Source: Callorhinchus milii
Taxonomy: Eukaryota
DNA length: 64,000 bases
Assembly: GCF_018977255.1 (NCBI RefSeq)
Contig: NW_024704742.1
Location: 136,402,001-136,466,000, forward strand
Reading direction: 5' to 3'
The position numbers and the translations under genes were made by a program. The notes under the pieces were generated by a model. It searched no databases. It saw nothing but the letters and a program-made list of their open reading frames with translations, and was not told the origin of the DNA. Below are positions 1 to 14,900 of the stretch, piece by piece (the stretch's first letter is position 1; each line of letters begins with the position of its first letter).

Positions 1-215
1 CTCCCCCTCTCTCTCCCCTCCCACTCCCTCCCCTCTCCCCCGCCTTTCTCTCCCACTCCCTTTCTCCCACTCCCCCCCTCTCTCCCCCCCTCCCACTCCC
101 CCCTTCTCCCACTCTCCCCCACGCCCCACTCCTCTCCCACTCCTCTCCCCCCCCCACACCCCCCTCCCCCTCCTCACCCTTTTCCTGTTGTCATCTACCG
201 CTCCCCCACCCCCCC
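1..215 (+). repeat. C-rich low-complexity tract
   Basis: ctccc/cccact repeats. Confidence 0.85.
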
Positions 216-3200
216 CAAAAAAATAATAAGAAGCCACTGTTTTAATCATCATCTTCATCATCATCAACGCCACACTAATAATTATCCTCGCATTGGCACA
301 GCGTCTTTTCACGACCCCTCGAGACGTCTCAAAGCGCTTCCCAAGCGAATATGCTGTCAATTTTGGGGATAAATATCATATATATTTATACTATGTTATG
401 TAATATACGGTAAAGTGGATTGACTTTGTGTTTTGTGGGCGAAACGCGGCTCCCAATTGCGCACAGCGGTGTCCCATTGCTCTCTGTGTCTCTGTCTGTC
501 CCATCTCCTCTCTCTACCCCCTATTACCCCCCACCCCCCCCCCGACAACACAACTAACCAAAAATTGAGCTTTTTGTTTCTTTGCCATCGCTTTGGTTTT
601 GGTTGTTTTTAATATATATTTTTTTTAAAAAAACACCAAAATCAGATTTTTTTTAGAAAAAAAAGACCTCGGATTGGCGACTCGATTCAGTTCAAGTCAA
701 ATTGTAAATACAGCGATTAGTTTTTATATATAAAATATGATTAACCGCTTCTCGGATCAGATGAGTCTTGTGGCACAGGGAACAAACAGGTGGACAGTTT
801 TGGGGAGGAAAGTAAGAGACGGGGAGGGAAAGATATATAAAAATTAGATTTTCGTTTGAAAAGCAAAAAAAAATCACTTTTTTTAAGTGATTTACACCTG
901 AGATTCCACATTTTTGAATGAGTTGAGACCTAATAATGCTGTAAATGGGACAGAGAGAGAGAGAGCCTTTCTGATGTTGACAGAGGAATGGGGGGAGGAG
1001 AGAAACAAACAATGATATTACAGTATGAATGTGACTTGTTTGGTTTCGGTCAGTGATGACAGTATCTCGTAGCTGATGTCAGAGATTTTACATTTTGTTC
1101 CGCCTTCTGTGAGCCGTGCGTCTGTCTCTCTCGCAAGTTTCGACAGAACCAGTTCCTGTGTTGTAAAGTAATCAAATCAGTGTTTTCCACTCCCTTCCCC
1201 CTCTCTCTCTTTCTCTCTCCCTCTCTGTCTCCCTCCCCCTCCACCCTTACTACAATAACAACACAAAAAGTGTCACCTGCCTCCCAACGCCCCCCAACTC
1301 CCCCCAACTTTCCACAGCGCCTTTCACGTTGGGAGGACATCCCAAGGCGATGGGACAGGCTGGGATTTGGATCCGAGCTGGGGGTTGGGATTGGGTCGGG
1401 GGGGTGGAGGGCAGGGAGGGTGGGGGTAGGAGGGTGACCGAGGGCGATGTAAAAAAGGAGGGTCTTGAGACGGGCCTTGGAGACGAGGGAGGGAGTGAAG
1501 AGAAGGGACTGTGGGATGTAGTTCCAAAGGGTGGGGACAGAGAGGGTGAAGTCCTGACCGTCAAAGGTTGTAAATATTACATATATTATATATTTATAAA
1601 TATAATGTATTGTTTGTAATTTAGAACACGCGCACAGAACGCATTTAAGTAATTAGGGGACAGTAATTTAATACAATTACTTGTTGTCGATCGTATAGAA
1701 ATCAACATCACAGAAAGAGGCCATTCGGCCCATCCTTCTGGGCCAATGCTGAGAAAAATAACATTTATTACAAAAAAGTATTACAAAAAATGTGAAAACC
1801 CAGTTCTCTCCCACAAAATAGTTCACTTAATATATTCTGTGAAGCGCTTTGAGACATCTCAACAACATGATCAGGATTATTATCATTATTATTCTCTCCC
1901 TATAATATATTCACTGAACAGGCGTTTATCTAGTGTGGTTTTGAATGATCTGTTGATACAATCTTTGTGGTGACCAGTTCCACACCCTGACAACCCTCTG
2001 AATGAAGCAATTCTTTGTAACTTCTGCCCTAATATTTCTGTCTTTTCCTGATTACAATCCTAAAATGGAGGCAATGCTCTTGTGCATTTCATGCTGAGCT
2101 GTGTTGCTCATCTGATAGTCTGATATTAGCAGTAACACTTCTATATAGTCTGATAAGCAGTTGCGTCCCTCTGGGGAGAGCGTGAGCACATCGTAAATAA
2201 TCAATCCTTTCCTTTCATGTTGCTCTCAAAGTGATTTGCAGTGCAGTGACTATATATTCTGGGTCAGTGGTGGCCAACCTTTATGAAGAGGTTTATGGTT
2301 GGCTACCACTCACCTGGAATATACAGTGACCAAACATTATGGTTGGGCAACAAGATCAATTTTCTGGATTGAACATCTCTTGAGTTATGCCATAAATCAA
2401 GAAATATTCCATCAAAGAAAAACTGAAAATAACCGATCCAAGACGGACCCATAAAAAGCACCTTAACGATGGATGGTACGTCGCTCGTCAGCATCTTCGA
2501 CAGCGCAGCGTGGAGACTTAGCTGAAGATGTAATTTTTGGCAATCTGTTAATTATCACATCACATGGCTCATTTTTTTCATCCACTCAATACCAGAATCG
2601 TAGCAAATAGGTACGTTATAATAGCAATAATAATATTCCTTGCATTTGTTGGGGCTTCACACAGTCCTGTAAAGTGGAAGGACTGTGTATTTTTGTGGGC
2701 GAAACACCGGCAGCCAATCGCACAATTGAGTGTCCATTTTTAATCCCTTTAAAAAATGTTTTAAAGTAATTATTACCCTTGGAGAGCGATCCGCCAATCG
2801 ACTAAGAACAGAGGTGTGTGGAGTAAGGAAACTTGCCAAAGGTTTTGCCCCCAACCTCAACCTCCCGGAATTGAACCGGGGGTCCTCTCGCTCGAAGGCT
2901 AACCAACTGCTCTACGGGACTCCACATTTAGCTCGGACTGGAGAAATTGAGACTCTTCCTTCTTAGCTGTTTGCTGAGTCAGCTGTTTGGGAGCCTGGGT
3001 GGGAGGGTGTGGGGTGGGTGGGGGTTCTGCAAATTGCTGCAAATAACAGATTGCTACAAGTTTTTGTATGTTCTCAGCGGAACGGAGATTTGCGAGGTTG
3101 TGATTTCAATGTTACAGTATAACCCAATGCTGAGCTGTGCGCGAGGCCGTCTGGTACCTGGAAAGGACTGATTACTTTAAAGTGCAACACTCAAATCCGC

Positions 3201-3304
3201 AGCATCGCAACGCTATAGTATAACAGTAATCTTCGCAATTGATACAGCGCTTTATCACATCGGTGAGGGGTCTCAAATCTCTTCACAGGACATACTGGAA
3301 AATA

Positions 3305-3505
3305 TTGTAGAATCCTACAGCACAGAAGGAAGACATTCGGTCCATTGAAAGAGCTATCCTACTAGTCCCACTCCCCCGCTCTTAGCCCCTAAGCCATACA
3401 AATATTTCCTTTTCAAGTACATATTCAGTTCCCTTTTGAAAGCTGTTAACAAATCTGATTCCATCACTCTTTCAGGCAGGGCATTCCAGACCGTAACAGC
3501 TCTCT
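3305..3505 (-). mobile_element. CR1 LINE 3' end fragment
   Basis: VTVWNALPERVMESDLLTAFKRELNMYLK. Confidence 0.8.
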
Positions 3506-3522
3506 GGGCTCTCTTTCTCCAC

Positions 3523-3834
3523 ATAATAATAATCCTTGCATTTGATATAGCGCTTTTCACATCTGGAGGACGTCCCAAAGCGCTTCACAGAACACACTGT
3601 AAAGTGAATTGACTGTATATTGAGCGGCAGCCAATTGCGCACAGCAATGTCCCACAAACAGTCGTAGATTGAAAATGACCAATTTATTATTTTTTTTGGT
3701 TTTGGAGGGATTATTATTAGGCTCTGTGTGGAGTAAGGAAACTTGCCCAAGGTTTCGCCCTAACCTGCCGGGGATTGAACTCAGGTCTCTCGCTTGCAAA
3801 GCGAGTGCTCGAAACACTGAGCTACAGGACTCCA
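3523..3834 (-). mobile_element. Young SINE family A subfamily copy
   Basis: Reverse complement matches 29744-30056. Confidence 0.87.
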
Positions 3835-6800
3835 CACCTGTTTACCTAACAGTAAATAAAAACCCCGTTGTTAGTCAATTGGCAGATCGCTTTCCGGGGT
3901 TAATAATCCCTCCCCTATCCCCCAACCCCCCCTCCCCGCCCTCCAAAAATATGGTCATTCAATCCAGAATTGTTTGGTTCAGTGACGTTGTCATCATGGA
4001 GCCTCTCCCAGTAACTTTTGCTACTGTCTGAATACCTTACTTATCTTATTTTCTCCTCCTCTCCTGAAGTTTGCCAGCATAACAACATTCCAGTAGAGAG
4101 CCTGATATCCTCACGAGTTGCGATCAGTCACATTGAGGGTAACAAGGCGTGGACAGTACGTGTGATTCACGCTCTCTAAATATGTGTGTGTGTGTCACGT
4201 TCTCTCTCTAATTGGGTATCCGTGGTATGTTTCTCTCTCTCTCTGTGTATGTGTTTCTTTCTAAATATGTGTGTGTGTCACCAGCCTCTCTGCCTCCACC
4301 CTTTGGAACTCCATCCCTCGGTCCCTTCATCTCGTTCCCTCCCTTGACTCCTTTAAGGCACATCTCGAGACCCTCCTCTTCGACTGCGCCTTCAGCCACC
4401 CCTCCTTACCCCCGCCCTCCACCCTCCCTGATCCGAACACCCAGCATTAGACCCAAATCCCTGACTGTTCAGCACCTCGGGACGTCCTCCCGACGTGAAA
4501 GGCGCAAATCGTCATTACTGTTTATAGTTGTAAATCCTGCGAAGTATTTTGAAACGTAGGAATCTCGACGACATGAAAGGCAGAAAGATAACAATAATGG
4601 TAATAATCACTTAGGACTGTAGACTGTCACCATGGAAGTCGTTCTTCAAACAAACTGCTTTTACTCTAATAACGCGGCATTTCACAGGCTCCAGAATTGG
4701 TCAAATGCTTAAATGCGGACTTTAATTTTTAAGCCTTTTTTTTTCTCTTGCGGTTTCTTCCCAAAACTGTAGGCTTCAAAGTTGAGACTGGATTCAACAA
4801 ATTTGCTAAATTCTGCCCCGTCTGAGACGCCACATCAATTCAGTCAATCCAGGCCCGGGAGGAATTTCACTCCGCAAGTTTTCAAATTAAAACCCGAATT
4901 TAAGAACTTTCCAAATTTATTAATAATAATAATAATTCTTGCATTTGCCATAGTGCCTCATCACGTCTTTGAGATGTCTCAAAAAAATATACTGTGGATT
5001 GACTGTGTATTTTGTGGGCGAAACGCGGTATTTTAACTAACCGCAAAGGTGTCGTCGTTGAGAATGACGTGCAAGGAATCCACAACGTGCATATTATAGA
5101 AATTTACAGCACAGAGGGAGGCCATTCAGCCCTTTGCATCTTTAAAAGAGTTTAATCAGCTAGTTATCTGCTCAGTCACATTCTCTTGCCTTTTCCCAAT
5201 GCCTCTTCATATTTGAGAATTGTGCGGGAGAAGGACGGACACAACACACCCATTTGGTCCATTCAATAAAAAGTGACAATAATAAATTGGTCACTCAATC
5301 CACGGCTGGTTGTGGGACGCTGCTGTGCGTACTTGGCTGCCGCGTTTCGCCCACAAAAAAAAACAGTCAATTCACTTTACAGTATATTCTGTGAAACGCT
5401 TTGAGACGTCTCAACAGCGTGATAAGGTGCCATATCAAATGCAAGGATTATTATTATTATCCAATTTTGCACAGCATTGTCCCACAAGCAATCGTGTGTT
5501 GAGTGACCACATTATTTTGTTTTGAGGGATTATTGCCCCTCGAAAGTGCTGTGTGCAATGCCGTGTTTCACCCATAAAATAATCAATTCATTTGGCAGTA
5601 TATTCTGTGAAGCCCTTTGACTTCTCAATGATGTCAAATGCAAGAATTATTATTACAATTCACTACACAGGAAAGTAACTTGAAGGATGGAGCCCTTTGA
5701 GGTGTTTCCAATGTGGTATGCATGCTTGTATTTTCAAAGATGCCTTCTTCTATGGCACCATAAATAACTTGAGTTTAATGTGACTGGGGAACAGATTTTG
5801 GCTGACCTTGATAAGCTCCTTATCTCACACTGGCAGTGAAGCCTCATTGTGTAAATCTCCGTATTCAGTGCTGCTGAGGGAGAGATTCATTTTTATTATT
5901 TATTTCCTACTAATCCTCCTGCAATCTGACATCCATGAGATGAAATAAGGAAGGAAAGAGAGAACTTGCTTCTCAGCTTGACACAAGATCTTCAAGCTGC
6001 TTACCTAATTCCGGACAGTATTAGGCACAGGTTGGCAAGAGCCAAGGCTTGGGAAACTCATAAAAAGTGGTTTTAGCTGGTCCTTGCTGGACAAGCCGCA
6101 GGAAAGCTTGCAAATGCTACTAATGACTAGCTATGTGGTTTTAGCTGGTTAGGCTCCAGCAGTTACCCCAACATCCATTCTGGGGTCCCCAAGACTTAGC
6201 TACTACGACCTGTGCCTAATACTTTCCGGAATTAGGTAAGCAGGATGCGTCCATCCAGGGAGAGAGAGCGCATTCCATTCCAACAATCTCCCTCTGGGAT
6301 TTCCATGTGTAGGTGGGAGGCAGGGAATTCTCAGCTTGGTTTGGAGACTCTGATGGGTTTCTGCGTGTGTCAGACACTCAGCTGACCAAATAGAGTGGAC
6401 ATTAAAGTCCACTTAGCTGGTGATTGGGGTTGTGGTTGGGATGTCCTCCCGACATGAAAGGCGCGATACAAATGTAATGTTGTTGTTGTTGTGATGGGGA
6501 GCTCTCAGTTTAACATCTCATCCAGGTTTTAGCCTGGCTCCATTATAGCAATGGGGGAGTGCAGCATTGGCAGAGGTCCTGTCCTCCGGATGAGACGTTA
6601 AACTGAAGTCCCGTTCAGGTGAACGTTAAAGATCCTATGGCACTTTTCGAAAAGTGAAGCGAATTTCTCTCTCCCGGTGTCCTGGCCAACAATCCCCCAC
6701 ATAAATTTGATTCCTGGCCGTGTACGGGACATGGCTGCAGTCAAATTGGCTGCCACATTCGCCTACAAACACGCAGGCGCTAAGCTTCACAATAAATCCT

Positions 6801-7989
6801 GTGAAGCGCTTTGCGGGATTTCGACCATGACAAATCAATTGCAAGGAGTTTTTAATATCAGGTAAATATAGTATAAAATCACTCGGTAGAGCTAAGTGGT
6901 TTTCAGTGATGAGTCAGCCCGACCAATAACCCCGACACTTTACATTATGGAGAAATATTACTTTTCTTAATATATTTGAGCTTCCCAATATAGCTACATT
7001 TTTCAGGAGATTGATATTTTGTTCACTAAGTACTTTGTCGGGCCAATTCCGAATCGTCATTAACAATCCCAGTTGCATCGATGATTACACGCATAAAGTG
7101 CTCTGAGACGCTACCCTGGGCGGAGGGCGCTATAGGAGCGTGAGTTGTTGTTGTATAGGAACTATGTTTGGTTTATACTCTCACATACATCCACATTTAA
7201 TAATGTTATCATTATTATTATTTATTATTATGACTTGATGTCCTATTCTGCAATGCTCCAGATTATGTGGTCATGGCTGTGTGTGTGTGCAAACTACCTG
7301 CCCTCAGTGACTTGACAGCGATTCCATGTTGTTTCGATGTTATTACCCCCGTGTCCAATGCTGGGATTTGTTTATTATTAGACACAGTCTAAGATGAGAC
7401 CCCGATGCAGCCTTGGAGATATGCTGTATTGTCAGAGGTGGCGTGCTTAGGATGAGACGTTAAACTAAGGTCTCGTCTGCCTGTTCGGGTGGACGTTAAA
7501 GATCCCATGACACTATTCAAAAAGTTTCTCTCTCCCGGTGTCCTGGCCAACAGTCCCCCAAATAAAACCGGTCACTCGTTCCACGGCTGTTGTGGGACAC
7601 TAGCTGCCACGTTTCACCCACAAAATATTCAGTCAATTCACTTTACAGCATAGCCTGTGAGGCTCTTTGCGATGTCTCGACGGTGTAAAAGGCGTTAGTT
7701 ATATTAAATGCGAGGATTGTCGTTATTTGGGGTTCAAGCCCCATGTCTAGGTTTTGAACTGAGTTTCGGCTGATACTCCCAGGACAGTGTTGGAGAGTGC
7801 TGCGAGCATTCAGACAGGATGTTAAATCGAGATCCCATCTGCGTGTTCAGGCAGACGTTAAAAGATATCGTGGCATTATTTGTGACAATCTGGCCACCAA
7901 TCCCCCAGATTGTGCAATAAAATTGCTCATTCACTTCGGGGCTGTTTGTGGGACATTGCCGTGTGCAGTTTGGTTGGCACTTTTGCCTA

Positions 7990-8985
7990 CAAACAACAAC
8001 AACAAAATTACATTTACAGAGCACCTTTCATGTCGGGAGGGACAGGCGCTGAACAGTCAGGTGTCGGGGCCCGAGCATGGGGGAGGGGTGGGGTAGGGGT
8101 GAGGGAAGGCAGAGAGGTGAGAGGGCGACTAAAGGCACGATCAAAGAGGAGGATCTTGAGACCGGAGGCCAGGGAGGAAGCGAGGCGAAGGGACTGCGGG
8201 ATGGAGTTCCAGAGTGAGAGGCTGAAATCCCGGTCACCGATAGTAGGTCGGGCGGGAGACATGGAGCAGGTCGGAGACGCCGAACGGAGGGAGCGGGCAG
8301 ATTGGTAGGGTGTCAACAGGTCAGAGAGGAAAGAGGGGGGGTGGGGGCGAGGCAATGTTTAATTGAAAGTGAGGACGAGGATCTTGAACTCGATCCTCTG
8401 GGGGATGGGGAGCCAGTGGAGTCGGGCGAGGGTGGGAGTGATAGGGTCGTGGAGCCTGGTCAGTGAGAGTACATGAGCTGCAGAGATTTGGATGATCTGC
8501 AGCTTGTGAAGGGAAGAGTTGGGAAGGCCGATGAGGGAGGAGTTCCCGTAATCGAGCCTTGAGGTGACGAATGCGTGGGTGAGGGTTTGGGCAGCCTGAG
8601 GGGTGAGGCAGTGGCGGAGTCTGGCAATGTTGCGGAGGTGGTGGTAGGCAGTGCCGGTCGTGGCGCGGATGTGGGAGAGAAAGGACAGTTCAGGGTCAAA
8701 CAAGACACCCAGGTTCCTGACTGGCTTAGTGAGGTTGAGTGTGCAGCCGTGGAGGCAGATGCTGCCGGTGCCCGAGGTGCGGAGGCGCTGGCGCGAGCCA
8801 ATCAGGAGGACCTCGGTCTTGCTGACGTTGAGTTGGAGAAAGTTGTCCCTCGTCCAGGACTTGATGTCGGACAGGCAGTCGGTCAGGACCCCAGTAGTCC
8901 TGGAGTGGAGGGTGGAGGCAGAGCGATAGAGTTGGGTGTCATCAGCACAGTGGGGAAATTTACCCCATGTCCGCGGATGATGTCA
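7990..8985 (-). mobile_element. 5'-truncated L2-clade LINE (RT C-terminus + 3' UTR)
   Basis: ORF 8359-8703 FDPELSFLSHI...HAFVTSRLDYGNS...LHWLPIPQRIEFKIL; (TTG)n tail. Confidence 0.9.
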
Positions 8986-11900
8986 CAGTCACTGCCTTTT
9001 ACGTTAAACATTTCGTTTACATCAAAGCCCGTGAATCACTTTAAAGTGTGCTGAACTGAAAGACGCCATGACAGTAACTAGGATTATATTAATAACGGGT
9101 CAATGGTGTGTTATAGAGGGCAGTTCGGGATTAGAGGGGACAAATATAACATAATAACAATACATGCATTTGATACAGCGCCTTATCACATCGTTGAGAG
9201 GTCTCAAAGCGCTCCACAGAATGTACTGTAAAGTAGAGTGACTGTACACTTTGTGGGCAAAATGTGCCAGCTAATTGCACACAAGGTGAACAGAATATAT
9301 TGTACATCCTGTATATATTGTACAGAAGACACTGTAAAGTGAAGTGACTGCATTCTGTAAGGGAAACAGTGCCAAGGACGGGACATTGGGAGCAGAACCC
9401 AACAGCCTCGAAATAGGTTTGTTATATTTGTCTGGTCGACGATCCAGAACGTTCCTGAAGCTTTGAATATCAGATGTGATGAGGGTCCGATGACAATTTC
9501 CCCTTTTCAGAGAAGTAATCCTTCTCCGAGGCTTCCTGTCAAACCTGTCTTGAGGCGGGACCGGGTGTTATGATTGGGCAATACAGGACATGCGATGACT
9601 CGTGATATCTTTTCATTACATTGTTATTAATCACAATAATAATAGTGAAGCTTGTGTTTAATGTTGCAGCTAATTGCATCGTCCAAACTTGGGGTTTAAC
9701 TGTAAAAGTGTCCTGGTAAGCTTTGGATCTCTCTCTCAATCCCTCCACCTTGCCCCCTCCCCTCTTTTAGATCACCACCGAAGACCTTCCTCTTCGACCG
9801 AACTTCCAGTCACCTCCTCCCTCCCCCGGCTCAGCATCAGGCTCCGTCACTGTTAAGCGCTCCGAGGGGTTGCCCTGCGTGAAGGGCGCTTAGATATATA
9901 TCTCTGTGCAAGTTGCAGTTGTTGTAAAGTGTAGTGACTATATTTGTAGGTGAACATAGCAGCTAATTTGCCCACAACAACAGCATGAAGTCAATGACTG
10001 ATTTTATTTGAGGGATTGTTGGCCAGGACACCGGGAGAGAGAAACTCCCTTCTCTTCACGAGTAGCACTGGAGTGTCAGCCCTCATCATTTCTTCACCCC
10101 CTCCCCATTATTTTATTGTATAAAAACAAATTGCCAAACATTTCTCCCGAAGGGCGTTTCCCCTTTTAATTGACACGGAATATTTCAGCTAAGAAATAGC
10201 AAAGAACGTCAGGTTGGAACATGTCCGCACTCACTAAAGTGCTGATGAAAGATGCTTTGCTCCTCTCCCGACTCCCTCCCCCGCATCCCGTTGCCCCCCC
10301 CACCCCCTCCACCGATCTCCCCCAATCGCTCAGCAAACAGCTGACTCCCTGTGACGCTCTGGTGGTGTAAGTCGCTTCACTGCAGCTGAATTGCTGGATC
10401 GCTGCCAGGGTCCTGAGAGGAGTTTCCAACGGTGACCTGGCCCTTAACACAACCACCGTGATCCTTGAATTTTATACATACGGCGCCTTTCACATCAGGC
10501 GGACGTCTCACAGGAACAGGAGTAGGCCATTCAGCCCCTTGAGCCTGTTCCGCTCTTCTATTAGATCACGGCTGATCTGTACCTCAACTCCATTTATTAT
10601 AATAATCCTTGCATTTGATTATAGCGCTTTACACATCGTTGAGTGACCAAATTATTATTAGTACTTTTTTTTTTGGAAGGGATTATTTCTTCCGGAAAGC
10701 AACCTGTCAATCGACTGAGAACCAACTTCCTACTTCCTGTTAGGTAAACAGGTGTGTGGAGAAGGGAAACTCACCTGAGGTTTCGCCCCATGCAGGAAGT
10801 GAACCAGGTTCTCTCGTTGTGAGGAGAGAGCACTAACCACAAGTCTACAGGACTCCGTATCCCTTGTTACCCTTAACTAACCAAAGTCTATCCACCTCAG
10901 TCTTGAAAATTACCTCCACAGCCTTTTGGGGGCGAGAGTTCCAGATTTCCATTACCCACAAAGTCCTTCGTAGGATTTCACTATGAAACGTAGTGGTCGT
11001 GTATTTTGTGTATGATGTTCTCCCAACATGAAAGGTACTGTACCAAATGCAAGAATTATTATTATTATTATTTTACCTTGAATTTCCTGAGCAGACGGAC
11101 ATCTCGGTCGCCTCCCTCTCGAGACCCCGTCTCTCCTCAAGGTATCTGAAGTGTCATTTGCTGCGGGGAAAATAATAATAATAAATACTAATCCTTGCAT
11201 TTGATGTAGCGCTTTATAACGTCATTGAGACGTTTCAAAGCGCTTCACAGAATATACTGTAAAGTGGACTGTGTTTGTATTGGGGCGAAACAGAGCAAAG
11301 TATACAGGAGAGAGGGGTGTGGGGGAGGCAGAGAGCGCGAAAGAGAGAGGGAGTGGGTATTCCTCACGCGGTGAGAGCAGAAGTCCTCAGACTCGGAAGG
11401 TGGGACAGGATATCTGCTTGTGACCCACCACCACCCTTTCCGGGATTCATTTTGTGAATGGGAGTCATTCATTTTGTAGTGAGTGCGACAGCCAATTTGC
11501 ACAGGAAAGTCCCACTGATGGCTCTCTTCCCTTTTTCTCTCTCTCTCGTTTTCCCGCGCTCTCTCGCTCTTTCACTCCCTCTCTCCATCTCTCTCACTCT
11601 CCGCCAGAGACAGAGAGAGAGAGAGAGTAACTCACACGCAGGGAGGATTGGAAATGATGGTGGAGTGCTACCCCAGCAATTGATAAACCGAACAGCAGCA
11701 GCTAACACACAGTGATTTACTGCCACATACCCCCCCACCCTACCCCATCAACACAAACCAACAGCTGACCTCAGCAACAGTACTGTCAGCCATCACCCCC
11801 CCCAGCGAAGGGCTGGCATTGATTACAGGCACTGTACGGGGAAAATGCTTAATATCCCACGCTAATCCCTAATCCCATTCCCTGCTCTCTCCCCATCGTG

Positions 11901-14900
11901 CCTGTGCTGGTGCTCGCTCTTTGAGACACCTCCACGTCATTACAACACGGCACTAATCAATGCGAGGATTATTATTATTAATTGCTCATTCGCTTCAGAG
12001 CTGTGTGCTGTTGACTGCCGTGAATCACTGCACTTGACAGCAATTCCCCTTGGAGTGCTTTGAGATTATTGTTCTACGTTCTAGACACTAATGAAATGTA
12101 AGATGTTGAATTGTAATGTGCCCTCCTGTAAGAGCCAGCCTTTGTGTGTATATTTCCGCACAGACAGATGTATTAGTGGGGGAAAAAAAGCACATCCTCA
12201 GCAGAATGCCTTTGGCTTCATTATGCTTCGCTCTCCTTCACTCAATATTCTCCACTTTCTCCTTACGCCAGAGCGATGAGTGGCATCATTTTTTTTCTGC
12301 TCAGCCGAGTGTCTGACACATGCGGAAACCCATCACCGTTGCTTCAGAGAATCCAAACCAAGCTGAGAATTCCATGCATCCCACTCACTTCCCGTGGAAA
12401 AGCCAGAGATAGATTGTTGGAATGGAATGTGCGCTCTCTCTCTCCCTGGAGGGACACATCCTGCTCACCTCATTTATATTGTAAGATTATGCATATTGAC
12501 TGTGTATTTTGTGGGTGAAACGCGGCAACCAATTGCACACCGCAGTGTCCCGCAAACAGTCGTGAATTGAGTGACCGTTTTTTTTTAAAGGGATCATTAC
12601 TACCGGAAAGCGATCCACCAATTCACAAACAACCGGGTTCCTACTTACTGCTAGGTAAACAGAGACGTGTGCAGTAAGGAAACTTGCCTAAGGTTTCGCG
12701 CTGCCCTGGAATCGAACCCAGGTCCTCTCGTTTGCGAGGCGAACATGCTAACCACTACGCTACGGGACTCAACAACTTCAACGCTATAAACAGATCTTCT
12801 ATCTGATCTAGCACATTATAACCAAGATTGAAAAGGTTAATATGATAATACATACAAATAATAAAATTGTTGGGCTTGAGATAGTGCCTTTCACGTCAGG
12901 ACATCTCAAAGCCTTTCAATACTAAGCATTGACTTAGTGTAATTTGTTAGTGAACAGCTAATTTGCCCAAATCATCTTTAATATCATCATAAATTATAAT
13001 CCTTATCTGATTATTAATAACTATCCTTGGACTTGATATCCACGTCGTCTTTCACATCAGCAGAATGTCTGAAAATACTTCGAAGGATTCATTGTAATGG
13101 GGGAGAGAGACTGTGTATTTTGTAGGTGAATGCAGCAGCCAATTTACACGCAGCAACGTCCCACAAACAGCCAATGAGCGATTTTATCTGGTGGCGGCGA
13201 TTGTCAGCAAGGGTACGGGTAGAGAGAAACTCCCTTCTCTATTCCAGTAGTGTCGCAGGACCTTTAATGTGCACCTGAACAGACACAAGCAGGAAACAGG
13301 AAATCTGTTGAGTCTTTCACTTGAAGGATGGCACCTCTGACAATGCAGCATTGCCCCATCACTGCACGGGAGTGTCAGCCTGGACTATCAAGTCATGACA
13401 TGTGGCATCTGCATCATTCTTTCCCCCCGTCCTCCTCCTCCCCCCACCTCAACTCATACACATCACCCAAATGCTTAAATGTCAGCAATATTTAATATGT
13501 TTCACTCTCTGAACCATCACAGGACACCCCCCCCCCCCCCCCATCTGTGTTGAGAGCAACAGAAACCCACCATCTGCCAGTGTGAGATTTTATCTTTCAG
13601 CCTCCTCCCGGCTAAGGTCCGACTGTGCTTCTGTGAGTTGGGGTCTCTGTTCAGAGAGAAAGAGAGACAAAAACTCACAGAGATAGACCGAGAGATTGAG
13701 AGAAAAACGCATACATACTGAGAGAGAGAGAAAAACACACATAGACAGACAACAACAACAGGAATACTTTTGTATAGCGCCTTTAACATCGGGAGGACGT
13801 CCCAAGGCGCTGGGAAGAGAGGGAAAGAGACTGAAAGAGGAAGAGAAACACAGACATACAGAGACAGAGGGAGAGTCGCAGTTGAAAGCAATGCCCGCAA
13901 ACATACACAAAGATGTATATACAGCCATGATGTGCACTTTATTATCCACACCATCACACTGAAATGATTCCTCTGACATTTACAGCTTTGGCTGCCACAC
14001 AGCAGAAGCCTGTCAAGCGAAATTATGCCCTTCATCAGAGACATTGGGTCCCATCTGTCTATTCAGGCGGATGTTAAGGATTCTGCCGATCTATTGGATA
14101 AGAGAAGGCAGTTTCTCTCTCCTGGTGTCCTAATCGAAAATCGCCCAAGTAAAACTGGTCACTTACCTCGTGACTGTTTGAGGGATTTTGCTGTTCGCAA
14201 ATTGGCTGCCATGTAAGCCAACAAAGTACACAGTCACTGAACTTTATGGTTAATCTTGTGATGCGATTTGAGATGTATTCCTCTGAAGGCTGTCTTCCCC
14301 CCTTTCGGTCACCTCTGCTCCCTAGAACTCTTTCCTGAATTTTTCCCGGAGTTCCCGAGTGTATTGGTTACTCATCTCGCAAGCAAGAGTACCAGGGGTC
14401 GATTCCCGGGCAGGGCGAAACCTTAGGCAAGTTACCTTACTACTGTTTACCTAGCAGTAAGTAGGAACAATTAATTAATTGATGATTAGTCAATTGACGG
14501 ATCGCTTTCCGGGGTTAATAATCCCACACACATAAAAATTGATTGGTCACTGAATCCACGCCCGTTTGTGGGACACAATATTGGCTGCCACGTCTCGCCC
14601 ACAAAATACACAGTCAGTCCACCTTACAGTATATTCCGTGAAGCGCTTTGAGACGTCCCAATGCAAGGATTATTATCATTATTATAGGGATTGTTAAAGT
14701 CTTATCTTTTCGGTTCCAATTCCAAAAGCGTGACAGAGTGAGAGTGAGGTGAAGTGCGATGGAAATGGGATAATTATATCTCTCTTATGTCTCTTCTCAG
14801 CCCATGTCCGCCTGACCTCACACAGTCAATGTCCCCCACTCCCCCCCACCTCCCCCCCCCCACCCATCGCGACCCCCACCCCCACCCCCTCCCATTGTCA

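Noticed and set aside
1053..1080. GTGATGA...CTGA as a C/D box snoRNA
   Set aside because: The boxes are too close together and there is no terminal stem.
10221..10372. ATG (MSALTK...) with a nearby gtaagt as myo5b exon 1
   Set aside because: No similarity to the myosin V N-terminus, and the donor is not in the phase exon 2 needs.
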